The translations under genes and the position numbers were made by a program. A stretch of DNA of 64,000 nucleotides from Planctomycetota bacterium (GTDB lineage: Bacteria > Planctomycetota > OFTM77): NCBI GenBank assembly GCA_040219065.1, contig JAVJTD010000079.1:6254-70253 (forward strand), written 5' to 3'. How positions within the stretch are numbered: the first letter of the stretch is position 1; every line of letters begins with the position of its first letter. Positions 17,671 through 28,380 of the stretch are shown here, piece after piece. The notes beneath the pieces are model-generated. The model was given only the letters and a program-made list of their open reading frames with translations, had not been told where the DNA came from and ran no database searches.

Positions 17671-18831
17671 ATGCGAAACCGAGTGATCCTCGTTACAACC
17701 CTCACGATTTGGCTCTCGAGTGACGCCCGCGCCCAAGAGCCCATCACCATCGGTGAGAAGCACGTGATCCGCTCCGAGATCCTGGATGAAGATCGAACGC
17801 TCTGGATCTATGAGCCACCGATCCACGCCCGAGCCGGTCAGTCGTGCCCGGTCCTCTACCTCCTGGACGGCGACATCCACTTCCACCACACGACCGGCAT
17901 CGTGCAGTTCCTCGCCGAGCGAGATCTCATCCCCGAGATGATCGTGGTCGGAATCGCCAACACCGACCGCACGCGGGACCTGACTCCGACGCCGGGTGAC
18001 ATCGGTGGCCAGACTCGAGGCGGAGGCGCCGACCGTTTCCTCGAGTTCCTGACGAACGAGCTCCATCCTTGGGTCGACGAGCACTATCAAGCTCGCCCAT
18101 TGCGAATCCTGGTCGGACACTCGTTCGGCGGATTGTTCGCCGTGCACGCGCTACGCAAGGTGCCGAACTTCTTCCACGGGATCATCGCGATCAGCCCGAG
18201 CCTGCAGTGGACCGATCAACACGAGGCGAGCCAGTTCGAGACGTGGTTGGATACCCAGCCCGAAGTCCAAGGCTCACTCTACATCACCGCCGCCAACGAA
18301 GGTGAGCTCCTAGCCGGCACCTACCGTCTCGCCGGCGTGCTTCAGAAGAAGGCGCCCACGGGGCTCTCGTGGAAGTTCATCCACATGCCCGCCGAGAATC
18401 ACGGCACGATCCCTCACCGGACGACCTACGACGGACTCGAGTTCCTCTTTGCCGATTGGCGCCTGAAGGACGCCCTCACCCTGTTCGAGGCCGGTGGCTG
18501 GTCGGCCGTCGAAGGACGGCTCCAGAAGCAAAGGGCGCGCTTCGGCTACGAGAGCGAGCGCTCGTTCAACGTGGTCTTGGGTCTCTTGGTGCAGCTCTTC
18601 GAGTCCGGAAGGTATGAAGAAATGATCACGCTGCTCGGAGACATCGATCTCACCGCTTACCAGTTCCCGAGCTTCCTGCTGAACGACCTAGGAAGTCGTC
18701 TCGAAAAGAAGTCGCAGCCCGAGCACGCCAAGAGCCTCTACGGACTTGCCCTCGAATACGACCCGAAGAATGAGGTGGCCCTGGAGCGCCTGAAGGCACT
18801 CCGAGGCCAGGATTCGCCCGAGAAGCGATAG
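17671..18831 (+). CDS. Secreted alpha/beta-hydrolase (esterase family, enterochelin-esterase-like) with a C-terminal TPR-like tail
   Basis: Signal-like N-terminus. PVLYLLDGDIHF, DRTRDLTP and the nucleophile elbow VGHSFGG. The tail ...KSLYGLALEYDPKNEVALERLKAL is TPR-like. Confidence 0.75.
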   Translation: MRNRVILVTTLTIWLSSDARAQEPITIGEKHVIRSEILDEDRTLWIYEPPIHARAGQSCPVLYLLDGDIHFHHTTGIVQFLAERDLIPEMIVVGIANTDRTRDLTPTPGDIGGQTRGGGADRFLEFLTNELHPWVDEHYQARPLRILVGHSFGGLFAVHALRKVPNFFHGIIAISPSLQWTDQHEASQFETWLDTQPEVQGSLYITAANEGELLAGTYRLAGVLQKKAPTGLSWKFIHMPAENHGTIPHRTTYDGLEFLFADWRLKDALTLFEAGGWSAVEGRLQKQRARFGYESERSFNVVLGLLVQLFESGRYEEMITLLGDIDLTAYQFPSFLLNDLGSRLEKKSQPEHAKSLYGLALEYDPKNEVALERLKALRGQDSPEKR

Positions 18832-18851
18832 GTCGCGGGCGAGAGTGCCGA

Positions 18852-20379
18852 TCACAGGGTCCGAAGGAACGCGATCAGGTCGGCGCGCTCACTCTCGGAG
18901 AGATCCAACCCGAACTCGTGCCCGGGGACGCTTCGATTGTCCCCCCTTCGGACCGCGGAAGCCGGTGGGCATGTAATCGTCCTCGAGACGGCGTGGATCG
19001 AAGACATCCTCGAGCGCGGCCAACGAGCCGTCGTGGAAGAACGGTCCGCGATACCAGACGCCACGCAGCGAGGGGATCTTGTAGTAGCCGGTCCCGCGCC
19101 TGGTCCGGAGCGTGAGGCCGGGATCGGTGCCGACGTGGACGTCGGTCACCCAGCCGCGCTCCACGTGCTCCTTTCGCGGCGCGAATCCGTCAGCCGGAAC
19201 GAGCTTCTGGTTGCTGTAGTCGAGGCCCGAGTGACAGCGGCCGCAGCCCTCTCGCTCGAAGAGGATTCGCCCGCGGCGAGCGCTCTCATCGAACGGGTTC
19301 GGATTGGGTGGTGGCTGAAGCGAATCGAGATACAGTGCCAGGGCATAGAGCTGCGCGTCGCTGCTGCGCACCCAAGTCTTCGGATCGGGCAAAGTTTTCC
19401 CATCATCGGCGGCCGGCCGAAAACCGTTGTAGCTCGCCAGCTCGTCCACGCCCTCGTTCAATGCCGCGTAGCGCATCAAGTCCACCAGCGAGCGCTGATG
19501 CACCAGTCCGGTGGCGTCCAGGAAGCGGCGACGCCCGACGCCGATCAGATCGGGCGTCCGCACCGGATGAAGGTAGCTCGTGCGCTGCCGAACGAAGACA
19601 CCGGGCGGCAGCCGGTCGAAGACGCGCGCCAGCTCCTCTCCCGACATCCCCACGGCAAAGTCTCCCGGGTCTGGCGTCAACCAGGGCACCGCCGCGAAGC
19701 GGTAGTCGATGTCGTCGCGAGTGATGGGTACATCGTCGATGCCCTCCCTCAATTCCTGACGCGTCTCGAAGGCGAGCATGGGCCCGAGCGGGATGTCTCC
19801 GGGACCGCCGAGGAGGAGCGAGCCATCGGGAAGCACTCGCATGTGACAGCTCGCACACGAGCTCTGATCCAGCTCGACGATCCCTTTTTCTCGAACGACG
19901 TAACGCGCATAGGGAAGCTCACCGTCGGCAGTCACCCGAATGCCGATCGTCTCGAAGGCCTCTCGGGTGCGAACGAGCCGAAGCTCGGAGCCCGTCGAGT
20001 AATCGCCACCCTGCCTGAAGACCCGCTCGCCGGCTTCGATCCAGTCCGCCTTCGTCTTCAGCCGCTCGGGATCGAAGGCGACCTGCGGCTCTTGCTCGTG
20101 CAGCCACTCCCAATATCCCTCGGGCTCGCGATCAGGATGGTAGACGGGATAGCTCTTCCAGATCGTCCGAGTCGGAATCGCCTCGAAGTAGCTGGACGGG
20201 ACATGCTTCGGCGTGTGCTCCAGAGAGGGGAGTGGCAGCTCCAGGCTCGCGATCGCCGCGTCGTCCCACACACGCGGGATCTGCGGCTTCCAATCGCTCG
20301 CCTCTCGAGCGATGTCCTGAGATCTCGCCTCGGCGCCAACCAGGCAACCGACCGCGATCCAGAGTCGAAGGAACTTCAT
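18852..20379 (-). CDS. Di-haem cytochrome c peroxidase/MauG-superfamily protein, interrupted by a +1 frameshift in a G6 run (possible pseudogene or sequencing error)
   Basis: Two CxxCH motifs (CASCH, CGRCH) and RGPFFHDGSLAALEDV. The conserved C-terminus ...DNRSVPGHEFGLDLSESERADLIAFLRTL lies in another frame (track ORF 18852-19064). Deleting one G at 18941-18946 joins ...GFRGPKG to DNRSVPGHEF. The signal peptide MKFLRLWIAVGCLVGAEA supports the start at 20379. Confidence 0.8.
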
Positions 20380-20460
20380 GGGAATCGTCCTTTCGGTGAA
20401 GACGGACGCTGGGCCGGGACGGACGTCGACCATCCGCTTCAACCCAGAGTCCACTGACTC

Positions 20461-23433
20461 TCAGCGCTGCGCTTGCAGGGCTGCTTCGTATCGAGCGACG
20501 CGTGCGCTGAGCCCACGGACCGGCTCGTCGAGCGTCATTGCCCGGCGCCCGGTCTCGACCGCCGCCTCGAGGTCTCCGCGCCGGTATTGCACCTCGGCCA
20601 ATGCTGCGACCGGTCGCGTCAGCCGGCCACCGGCTAGCTCGTCCGCGCGGCGCGCGACTCGCTCCGCCAGCGAGAGCTCCTCGCCGGTGGCCGAGCTCAG
20701 CAAGAGGATTGCGTGGGCCAGGTCGACGCAGGCGCTCCCGTCATTCCAGGGAAGCGGCTTCTCGAGCCAGGGCTCGAGATCGTTGCGAAGTCGCTCTCGC
20801 CAGAAGGCGACCCGCCCTCGGTGGTCTGCATTCGGCCTGATGTCGATCAATGCCTCATGCGCACGAGCCGCTTCGCGGCAGATCGTCCACCACGGTAAGC
20901 GGAACGAGATGTCACGCGCCTTGGCCAAGCGCTCACCGCTTTCGATCGCCAGCGCCTCGATCCGACCGATCCACTCGGCAGTCTCCGGGTCACGGGGAGA
21001 CGCGACCACACGCTCGGTCAGGCATCCGACCTTCAGCCACGCCGAGCGAAGCCGCGAGCTGCCTCCCGTCGCGGCGAGCAAGGGATCCGCTTCCCGGCAG
21101 ATCGCGAGGACCTCGGCCGTGCGCCCGCGCTTCCACTCGAACTCGGCGAGATCGAGGAGGGCCAGGCCCAGATACAGCTCGTTCTCTTCGAATCCGCGAG
21201 CGATCTCGACGGTCTCCTGCATCAGCGCATATCCCGCCTCCGCCAAGCCGATGTCCTCGAAGATCCACGCCGCTTCCCACAGCGTGTCGGCCAGGCTCAG
21301 ATTGCGAGCCGAGTGGAAGCTGCGCGCGATCTCCACGGTCTCACGCAGCGGCGGATCCGCCTCCAGGAACAGTCCGACCGCGGGATACTCGGTGAGGGCG
21401 ATCCACTGACTCGCGGCCTTCGCGTCACGCCCCGCGACGACGCGACGGAGCGCATCTGCCGCCGAGGCGAACCCCTCACGCGCCTCGTCCATCCTGCCCA
21501 GTCTGGCCTGCGCACACGCCAAGTTGTACTCGCAGATGACGGGCGGCACCTCGGGATCCTCGAGCAGCGGGGCGAGCTCCATGGAGTGACGGTAGAGCGC
21601 CGCCGCCGCCTCGTGACGGCCTCGGAGAAAGTTGACGTGAGCCCACTCGAAGAGCTCCCACAGCACTGCCGGCTCCCGGGCCGCGATTGCGGGCTCGAGA
21701 ACTTCGATCGACCGGTCGCAAAGCCCACGGATGTCGATCCCGACGTCCAGCTCGAAGTAGTCCTCGGCATCGATGCGATCCAGCTCCCGCGCGGCACGGG
21801 AGTAGACGAGCGGTGCCGCCGAGGGATCATCGAGAGTCTCGATCGCCAGCCGGAAGTGCGCGAGAGCCGGCTCCCACTGGTCGCGTGCCAGGTAGGCGTC
21901 ACCGACGATCTGGGCGAGGGAGGCCTTCAGCACCGGCTGTGTGGAGAGCGCCTGGGACTGTAGCTCCTCGGCGGCGACGTCGAGGAGATCAACCACCCGG
22001 GCGGAGGCCGCGCCTCGAACGCGCCACGGAGTGGAGGAGAGCAGGAGATCCTCGAGCAGCTCGGCGAGCGCGCGTTGTCGAGCGGACTCACGGATGGCCT
22101 GATCGGCACTCGCCTCGGCGGCACGCCGAGATTGCTGCGCGAGGTCCAGGGCCTGCCATGCCTCGAGCCATCCCCAGACCGTGCCGGCGACTCCGATGCC
22201 GAGGGCGATCATGAGACCGGAAACGGCGAGCACGGCCCCCCGATGGCGGCGCACGAACTTCCGCATCAGGTAGGTCCGCCGGGGCGGTGAGGCTTGGACC
22301 GGCTCGTCGTTGAGGTGGCGATCGATGTCCAGCGCGAAGGCGCTGGCCGATTCGTAGCGCCGCGTGCGGTCCTTCTCGAGCGCCTTGAGGAGGATCCAAT
22401 CGAGATCGCCTCGGAGGCGCTTGGAGAGACGGTCGGGCGCATCGCGCCGATGGCGAGCGACGGCGGAGGCTTCGGCGCCGAGCGTCGAGACGCGGGTCGA
22501 TGGCCGGACCGGCTCCTCCTCACGGAGGATCCTCTGCATCTCCTCGTAGCCGGCGCGACGCAGGCGCTCAGGGTCAACGGGCGTCGTCCCGGTCAACAGC
22601 TCGTAGAGGAGGACGCCCAAAGAGTAGACGTCGGCCCGCGTGTCGATGTCGAGGCCGCTCATCTCTGCCTGCTCGGGGCTCATGTATTCGGGCGTCCCGA
22701 TGAACTGCCGGAAGGCCGTGAACACGGTCTTCTCCGTCAGCTCCTGGTTGGTCGCCTTGGCGATCCCGAAGTCGATGACCTTGGGTACGGGCACGCCGTC
22801 GTGCAGCGTGACGAGGATGTTCGAGGGCTTGAGATCGCGATGCACGATGCCCTTGAGGTGGGCATGCTGGACCGCGCGACAGACGAGGATGAAGAGCCGC
22901 AGCCGCTCCTCCGTCTGTAAGCTCGCCTGATCACAGTACTCGGTGATCGGCACGCCGCGAACGAGCTCCATCACGAAGTAGGGTCGCCCGGTCTCGGTTG
23001 CGCCCGCGTCGAAGACCTTGGCGATGTTGGGATGATCCATGAGCGCCAGCGCTTGGCGCTCCGCCTCGAAGCGCGCGATCACCTGCTGGGTGTCCATCCC
23101 CAGCTTGATGATCTTCAAAGCGACGCGCCGCCGAACCGGCCGGCGCTGCTCGGCCATGTAGACGACACCGAAGCCGCCTTCGCCCACTTGCTGGAGCAGC
23201 TTGTAGGAGCCGATCACGGTGCCGGGTCCTTCGGCCAATTGCGGGAGCGCGCGCTTCGCAGCGGATGGCTCCACAGGGCCGTCCTCGCCGTGCGCCAGGA
23301 GGGACTCCACCTCGGCCCGTAGCTCGGTATCGTCTCCGCAAGCGGACTCGAGAAAAGCCGCACGCTCCTCAGGTGGACGGCTCCTCGCGTCGTGGAACAG
23401 CGCTTCGATCTCGTTCAGGCGGCGTTCGTTCAT
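20461..23433 (-). CDS. Transmembrane Ser/Thr protein kinase with a large extracytoplasmic TPR-like domain
   Basis: Hanks motifs [42 protein letters not shown]. One TM segment ([24 protein letters not shown]) followed by ~560 aa of helical repeats. ATG at 23433 is preceded by GGAGG. Confidence 0.9.
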   Translation of the reverse strand: MNERRLNEIEALFHDARSRPPEERAAFLESACGDDTELRAEVESLLAHGEDGPVEPSAAKRALPQLAEGPGTVIGSYKLLQQVGEGGFGVVYMAEQRRPVRRRVALKIIKLGMDTQQVIARFEAERQALALMDHPNIAKVFDAGATETGRPYFVMELVRGVPITEYCDQASLQTEERLRLFILVCRAVQHAHLKGIVHRDLKPSNILVTLHDGVPVPKVIDFGIAKATNQELTEKTVFTAFRQFIGTPEYMSPEQAEMSGLDIDTRADVYSLGVLLYELLTGTTPVDPERLRRAGYEEMQRILREEEPVRPSTRVSTLGAEASAVARHRRDAPDRLSKRLRGDLDWILLKALEKDRTRRYESASAFALDIDRHLNDEPVQASPPRRTYLMRKFVRRHRGAVLAVSGLMIALGIGVAGTVWGWLEAWQALDLAQQSRRAAEASADQAIRESARQRALAELLEDLLLSSTPWRVRGAASARVVDLLDVAAEELQSQALSTQPVLKASLAQIVGDAYLARDQWEPALAHFRLAIETLDDPSAAPLVYSRAARELDRIDAEDYFELDVGIDIRGLCDRSIEVLEPAIAAREPAVLWELFEWAHVNFLRGRHEAAAALYRHSMELAPLLEDPEVPPVICEYNLACAQARLGRMDEAREGFASAADALRRVVAGRDAKAASQWIALTEYPAVGLFLEADPPLRETVEIARSFHSARNLSLADTLWEAAWIFEDIGLAEAGYALMQETVEIARGFEENELYLGLALLDLAEFEWKRGRTAEVLAICREADPLLAATGGSSRLRSAWLKVGCLTERVVASPRDPETAEWIGRIEALAIESGERLAKARDISFRLPWWTICREAARAHEALIDIRPNADHRGRVAFWRERLRNDLEPWLEKPLPWNDGSACVDLAHAILLLSSATGEELSLAERVARRADELAGGRLTRPVAALAEVQYRRGDLEAAVETGRRAMTLDEPVRGLSARVARYEAALQAQR

Positions 23434-23498
23434 GATTCGACCTCCACCACACGACGCGCGGAGGCGGTGGCGCTTTCCCTCATCGGAATCAAAAAAGA

Positions 23499-24104
23499 TC
23501 AGTCCGCAGTCGACGGATCTCCCATTCTCGAATCCCCTCGCATCCTCGAGATCTCGCGAGACAGCCAGGCCCGGGCGAAGGACCAATCTCGCTCGACCGT
23601 CGCCGGCGAGACATCGAGCTCGGCTGCGGCCTCGTCGATGGTCAATCCGGTCAACCCTCGCAGCCGAGCGACCTCGGCCTTTCGCGGCGCGATCGTCTCC
23701 AGGCGCTCGAGTGCTTCGCGTAGGTGCTCGACCTCGACGCCCGCTTCCTCGTCGTTCTCTGGAACATCGAAGCCCAAGGTCACGCGCTGCCGACCGCCGC
23801 CTCGCCGCTCGGCAGCCCGCCGGCGGTCCGCATCGAGCACCACGCGGATCATCAAACGGCTCGCGATCGCGAAGAAGTGTCGGCGATTCTCGAAGTCACA
23901 GTCCTGACGAACCAGCCGCATCCAGCACTCGCTCACCAGAGCTCCCGGCTCGAGCGTCGTTCCCGGGCGACCATCCATGCGACGCATCGCGATACGAAGC
24001 AGGTCGTCATAGACCAGCCGGGCCAGCTCCTCGGTCACCTCTCGGCGGCCGGTGCTCAGCTCACCGAGAAGGCGAGTGATGGCGTGGGACGCATCATCGG
24101 TCAC
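23499..24104 (-). CDS. ECF-type RNA polymerase sigma factor of the Ser/Thr-kinase-linked class
   Basis: Sigma-2 and sigma-4 regions ([10 protein letters not shown]..., [41 protein letters not shown]). It lies directly upstream of the kinase with no anti-sigma gene between them. Confidence 0.85.
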   Translation of the reverse strand: MTDDASHAITRLLGELSTGRREVTEELARLVYDDLLRIAMRRMDGRPGTTLEPGALVSECWMRLVRQDCDFENRRHFFAIASRLMIRVVLDADRRRAAERRGGGRQRVTLGFDVPENDEEAGVEVEHLREALERLETIAPRKAEVARLRGLTGLTIDEAAAELDVSPATVERDWSFARAWLSREISRMRGDSRMGDPSTAD

Positions 24105-24256
24105 GGGAGGGTATCCTCGAGATCAACGGTCTTCCCGGAGGTGCTTCATCTCGGTCACGAAATCGGAGTCCGATCGCACCCGGCGGCATCGGGCCACGGA
24201 GTTTCGGATCTCAGGTCTGGGTCCTCTCCGAGGCGCTGGGATGGAGGACACCGAGA

Positions 24257-24286
24257 CCGGCTGAAGCCGGCGGTCCGAATGCCGCC
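24257..24286 (-). terminator. Two overlapping GC hairpins downstream of glcF (CCGGCT-GA-AGCCGG and GGCGG-N8-CCGCC)
   Basis: Read directly from the sequence. They start 10 nt after the glcF stop. No clear U-tract. Confidence 0.3.
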
Positions 24287-24295
24287 TGTCTCCGA

Positions 24296-25552
24296 TCACT
24301 TGTCGAATGTCTCGGCAAGCAGCGTCACCGGATGGGCGACGCGGATGTCGAGGCCGGCTTCGCGTAGGCCGGCTTCGATCTGGAGGTGGCAGCCGGGGTT
24401 GCCGGTGGCGACGATCTCGGCGCCGCTCTGGCGGATGGCCTCGATCTTGAGCTTCAGGAGCTCATTGGCCATCTCGGGATGCGTCAGATTGTAAATGCCG
24501 GCCGAGCCACAACAGTGATCGGCGTTCGGCAAGGGGACCAACTCGGCGCCGGGGATCGCCTGTAGGATCGCCTCGGGTGGACCCGACACCTTCTGTCCGT
24601 GGAGCAGATGACAGGGCGGATGGTAAGCGATGCGCTTGGCGATCGGTCGGTTGCCGGAGCGGACACCGCCCTCGGCGAGGACCTCGCTGATGTCCCTCAC
24701 TCGATCGGCGAAGCGCGCGGCACGAGGATCGTCCGGCAATAGGTGACCGTACAGTCGCATCGAGGCACCACAGCCGGCAGCGTTGACGACGATCGCGTCG
24801 AGATCATCTTCGAACGCTCCGAGGTTGTCCTTCGCCAGCTCGCGTGCGAGTTCGGGGCGACCGGCGTGGGAGTGCAGCGCGCCGCAGCACACCTGTTCCT
24901 TCGGCATCACGACGTCATAGCCGTGCGCGGCGAGCATGCGAGCGGTCTGCTCCTGCACGTTCGGAAAGAGCTCGCGCTGCACGCAACCCAACAGCATTCC
25001 AACGCGCCCGCGCCGATCGCCGATCGCAGGCACGGACTCGGGGAAACTTCGTCTAGGCGGAAACGAGGGTGCGAGTGGAACGATCTCGCGCAATCGCTTC
25101 GGAAGCAGGCCCCGAGTCGCCATCCACTTCCCGAGCGAGACGAGTCCGAGGGATTGTCCCACACGCATCGCGTTCGCGGCCAGGCGCATGCGTCCCGGTC
25201 GCCGGAACAACCAGCCGAGCATTACCCGCTGGAGGAGCTTCGTCCGACCGCTCGTCAGACCGCGACGCACGCCTTCCGCGCGAGCTTCTTCCAGCATCTC
25301 CCCGTAGCGCACACCGGCCGGACACACGGTCTCACAAGCTCGGCAACCGAGGCAGAGGTGCAGCTCGTCGTGGGCGGTCGCGTCGAACTCGACTCGCTCT
25401 TCGGCGATCGCCCGCATCAGATGAATGCGCCCTCGCGGTGAGGACGGCTCACGTCCGAGCACTCGGTAGGTCGGACAGGATTGCAGGCAGAGACCGCAGT
25501 GAATGCAGTCGAGCGTCTTGGCCGTCTCGATGAGGGTCTCGAAGGTGCTCAT
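24296..25552 (-). CDS. glcF: Glycolate oxidase iron-sulfur subunit
   Basis: Two ferredoxin-type clusters (CIHCGLCLQSCPTY, CLGCRACETVCPAGV) plus two CCG-type Cys-rich domains. It follows glcD and glcE on the same strand. Confidence 0.8.
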   Translation of the reverse strand: MSTFETLIETAKTLDCIHCGLCLQSCPTYRVLGREPSSPRGRIHLMRAIAEERVEFDATAHDELHLCLGCRACETVCPAGVRYGEMLEEARAEGVRRGLTSGRTKLLQRVMLGWLFRRPGRMRLAANAMRVGQSLGLVSLGKWMATRGLLPKRLREIVPLAPSFPPRRSFPESVPAIGDRRGRVGMLLGCVQRELFPNVQEQTARMLAAHGYDVVMPKEQVCCGALHSHAGRPELARELAKDNLGAFEDDLDAIVVNAAGCGASMRLYGHLLPDDPRAARFADRVRDISEVLAEGGVRSGNRPIAKRIAYHPPCHLLHGQKVSGPPEAILQAIPGAELVPLPNADHCCGSAGIYNLTHPEMANELLKLKIEAIRQSGAEIVATGNPGCHLQIEAGLREAGLDIRVAHPVTLLAETFDK

Positions 25553-25558
25553 GAGAGG

Positions 25559-26836
25559 TCACAGTCCTCGGAGGAAGCGGCCAGGGTTGAGATTGCGATT
25601 CGGATCGAAGGCTTCGCGCAGTCGACGTTGCAGCTCGATGGTCGCCGGGCGCTCACCGAAGACGTCATTGCGGCCGCGCAGGTCCAAAGGAGCCGAGCGC
25701 AAGAGCCACCCGGCGCCGTGCTCCGTTGCGATGGCTCGCACGGCATCGAGGATGTCGTTGGCCTCTGAATCAGCGCCGTCCCAGCTCCATTCCAACCGTC
25801 CTTCGAAAGGACGCAGCGTCCACGCGACATCACTCGGGAGCTTCGACGCCAGGGCACCGATCGCGTCGGGACGCAAGCCGAGGAGGCCCGACAATGTCGT
25901 CGCCCGCGCTTTGCGCAGCCATTGCCACCAGCCGCTTCCCACCTCCGGCTCGAGGCGCTCGATCGCGCAGCCCGAAGGTGCCAGCTCCTCGATCCGGGAT
26001 GCGACCCACGAGACATCTGGACCCGACCCGAGCAGCTCGATCACGCCGACCACTCGCTCGGACCCAGGCGACGGCATCGCCTGATCCGGTGTGGCGAAGA
26101 CCATTCCCGCCGGGTCGAGTCCCGCGCGCCGAAGACCGCTCGCCAGCTCGATTGCGTCGTCGACTCGTCCGCACTCGATGTGAAGCGTGACTGCTGCCTC
26201 GGGCTTGGGCTTCAATCTCAAGCACACCTGGCTCAGTACGCCGAGCGTCCCCAACGAGCCGACGAACAGCTTGTTCAGATCGTAGCCGGTGACGTTCTTC
26301 ACCACGCGAGCTCCCGACCGCGTGACGCGACCATCCGAATGCACGACGCGCGTCTCGAGCGCCTGATCGCGCAACTCTCCGAAGTGCGGGCGCCACATTC
26401 CCGAGTGGCCCACGGCGAGGAGGCCACCGGCGGTGGCGAGCTCATCGTGGGCATCCAGCGGTGACCACTGTCCCTGGTCCGCTGTCGCACGCGCGATCTC
26501 GCCGGCGGACGTTCCTGCCAGCACGGTGATCGTCAGATCGCCGGCGGGGTAGTCGACGATCCCGCTCATCCGCTCGAGTGACACGAGTCCGTCCAGTCGC
26601 TCAGGTGCATTGCCGACGTCGAGCTGCGTGCGGCCACCGACCGGTGCGATCGCCTGGCCAGACTCATCCGCCCAGCGGAGCATCTCCTGGAGCATCACCT
26701 CGTCCGCAGGCGAAAGCACCCAGCCCGGGCGTGCTCCCAAGACGGCGTCTTCGTCACGGGCATCCCGCACGGCTTCGGCCCCGAAGCGCGCCAAGAGCTG
26801 CTCGAGCTTTCGGACCGTCGTCTCCCGAGTCGTCAT
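25559..26836 (-). CDS. glcE: Glycolate oxidase FAD-binding subunit
   Basis: FAD_binding_4-like N-terminal half between glcD and glcF. ATG at 26836 overlaps the glcD stop (ATGA). The longer track start at 26917 is unlikely. Confidence 0.7.
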   Translation of the reverse strand: MTTRETTVRKLEQLLARFGAEAVRDARDEDAVLGARPGWVLSPADEVMLQEMLRWADESGQAIAPVGGRTQLDVGNAPERLDGLVSLERMSGIVDYPAGDLTITVLAGTSAGEIARATADQGQWSPLDAHDELATAGGLLAVGHSGMWRPHFGELRDQALETRVVHSDGRVTRSGARVVKNVTGYDLNKLFVGSLGTLGVLSQVCLRLKPKPEAAVTLHIECGRVDDAIELASGLRRAGLDPAGMVFATPDQAMPSPGSERVVGVIELLGSGPDVSWVASRIEELAPSGCAIERLEPEVGSGWWQWLRKARATTLSGLLGLRPDAIGALASKLPSDVAWTLRPFEGRLEWSWDGADSEANDILDAVRAIATEHGAGWLLRSAPLDLRGRNDVFGERPATIELQRRLREAFDPNRNLNPGRFLRGL

Positions 26837-28275
26837 GCTTTCTCCTGTGCGGCGAGGCGTGCGTGCGCGCGATCGAAGCAGCCGCCACCCGAGGGAAGGA
26901 TCTTCCCCGGGTTGCACAGCTCACCCGGATTGAAGACCTCGCGCAGCCGCGCCATCGACTCGAGGTCGTCGCTGGTGAACAGCAGCGACATGTACTCCGC
27001 CTTGTCGAGACCGATGCCGTGCTCGCCGCTGAGCGTCCCACCGACCTCGAGGCAGCGCCGGATGATCGCGGAGCCGGCCTTTCGAACGCGCGCGACCTCG
27101 TCCTCGTCACGCCGGTCGTAGGTGATGTTCGGATGCAAGTTGCCATCGCCGGCATGAAAGACGTTCGAGACCCTCAGCCCGAACTGGGCACCGATGTCGA
27201 CGACGTCGCGGATGATCTCGGGGAGCCGCGTGCGCGGCACGACGACGTCCTGCACGAACAGATCCGGCGCGAGCCGCCCCATCGCGCCGAACGCGCCCTT
27301 CCGTCCTCGCCAGAGCGCTGCCCGCTCCTGCGCAGTCTGGGCGCGATGTACTTCGAGAGCGCCATGCGAGCGGCAGAGGCTGGTCACCGACTCGACCTGG
27401 CTCTCGATGCCGGCCTCGAGACCATCGAGCTCGACGAGGAGCACGGCGGCGGCGTCGGTCGGGTAACCGGCGCGAAAGTGCGGTGAGGCCTCGACGGCTT
27501 CGATCGTGTTCTGATCGAGGATCTCGAGCGCGGCAGGAACGATACCCGCGCGAATGATCGCCCCCACGGCTTCGCAAGACGCATCGAGCTCGGGAAAGGG
27601 AAACAGCATCGTCCGAATCGCAGGCGGCGTCGGGACGAGTCGCACCGTGATCTCGGTGGCGATGCCGAGCGTGCCTTCGCTACCGATGAAAGCGCCTCGA
27701 AGATCGTAGCCGTGCTGCCACTCGTCTTCGCGGCCGAGGTCGATGACCTCGCCATTCGGAAGCACGACCCGCAGTGCGAGGATGTGGTTGGTCGTGGCGC
27801 CGTACTTGAGACAGTGCGGTCCGCCCGAGTTCTCGGCGACGTTGCCACCGACGGTGCAGACGGTCTGGCTGGAGGGATCGGGCGCGTAGTGAAGGCGAGC
27901 GTGCTCGCAGGCTTTGGAGACTTCGACGTTGACGAGACCAGCTTCGACGCGCGCGAAGCGGTTCTCGAAGTCGAGCTCGAGGACGCGGCGCATCCGAGAG
28001 GTCTCGATGAGGATCGCGTCGGAGATCGGGACAGCGCCGCCGGAGAGGCCGGTTCCCGCGCCTCTGGGTACGAACGGCACTTGATGATCGTGGCAGGCCT
28101 TCACGGCGACCGCGACCTCGCCGGTGCTGTTGGGCAACACGACCGCCAGCGGCGTGCGGCGATGCATCGTGACGGCATCGCACTCGTAGACGATGAGCTC
28201 GGATGGTGAAGAGAGAACCGCGGCCTCGCCGAGCTGCTTCTTCAAGGTAGCGATGACGGCATCGAAAGCGCTCAT
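26833..28275 (-). CDS. glcD: Glycolate oxidase subunit GlcD (FAD-linked oxidase)
   Basis: PFVPRGAGTGLSGGAVP FAD-binding motif. C-terminal FAD-oxidase_C blocks (GTLSGEHGIGLDKAEYM, LREVFNPGELCNPGKI). Confidence 0.85.
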   Translation of the reverse strand: MSAFDAVIATLKKQLGEAAVLSSPSELIVYECDAVTMHRRTPLAVVLPNSTGEVAVAVKACHDHQVPFVPRGAGTGLSGGAVPISDAILIETSRMRRVLELDFENRFARVEAGLVNVEVSKACEHARLHYAPDPSSQTVCTVGGNVAENSGGPHCLKYGATTNHILALRVVLPNGEVIDLGREDEWQHGYDLRGAFIGSEGTLGIATEITVRLVPTPPAIRTMLFPFPELDASCEAVGAIIRAGIVPAALEILDQNTIEAVEASPHFRAGYPTDAAAVLLVELDGLEAGIESQVESVTSLCRSHGALEVHRAQTAQERAALWRGRKGAFGAMGRLAPDLFVQDVVVPRTRLPEIIRDVVDIGAQFGLRVSNVFHAGDGNLHPNITYDRRDEDEVARVRKAGSAIIRRCLEVGGTLSGEHGIGLDKAEYMSLLFTSDDLESMARLREVFNPGELCNPGKILPSGGGCFDRAHARLAAQEKA

Positions 28276-28281
28276 GCGAGC

Positions 28282-28310
28282 ATTCTATCGAGAAGGCCAC
28301 ACGGCGATAA
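28282..28310 (-). promoter_or_regulatory. Candidate promoter of glcDEF: TTATCG-N17-TAGAAT with the -10 box only 6 nt from the glcD ATG (possible leaderless mRNA)
   Basis: Minus strand reads TTATCGccgtgtggccttctcgaTAGAATgctcgcATG. Confidence 0.3.
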
Positions 28311-28380
28311 GGCGGTGATTGGGCTCCGGTACCGCCGTGCACCGGGGATGGCGCGCCTGAGCCGAGCGAGCCATCAGCCG

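Noticed and set aside
18937-20457. 506-aa plus-strand ORF
   Set aside because: Antisense to the di-haem CCP-like gene, which has CxxCH motifs and a signal peptide.
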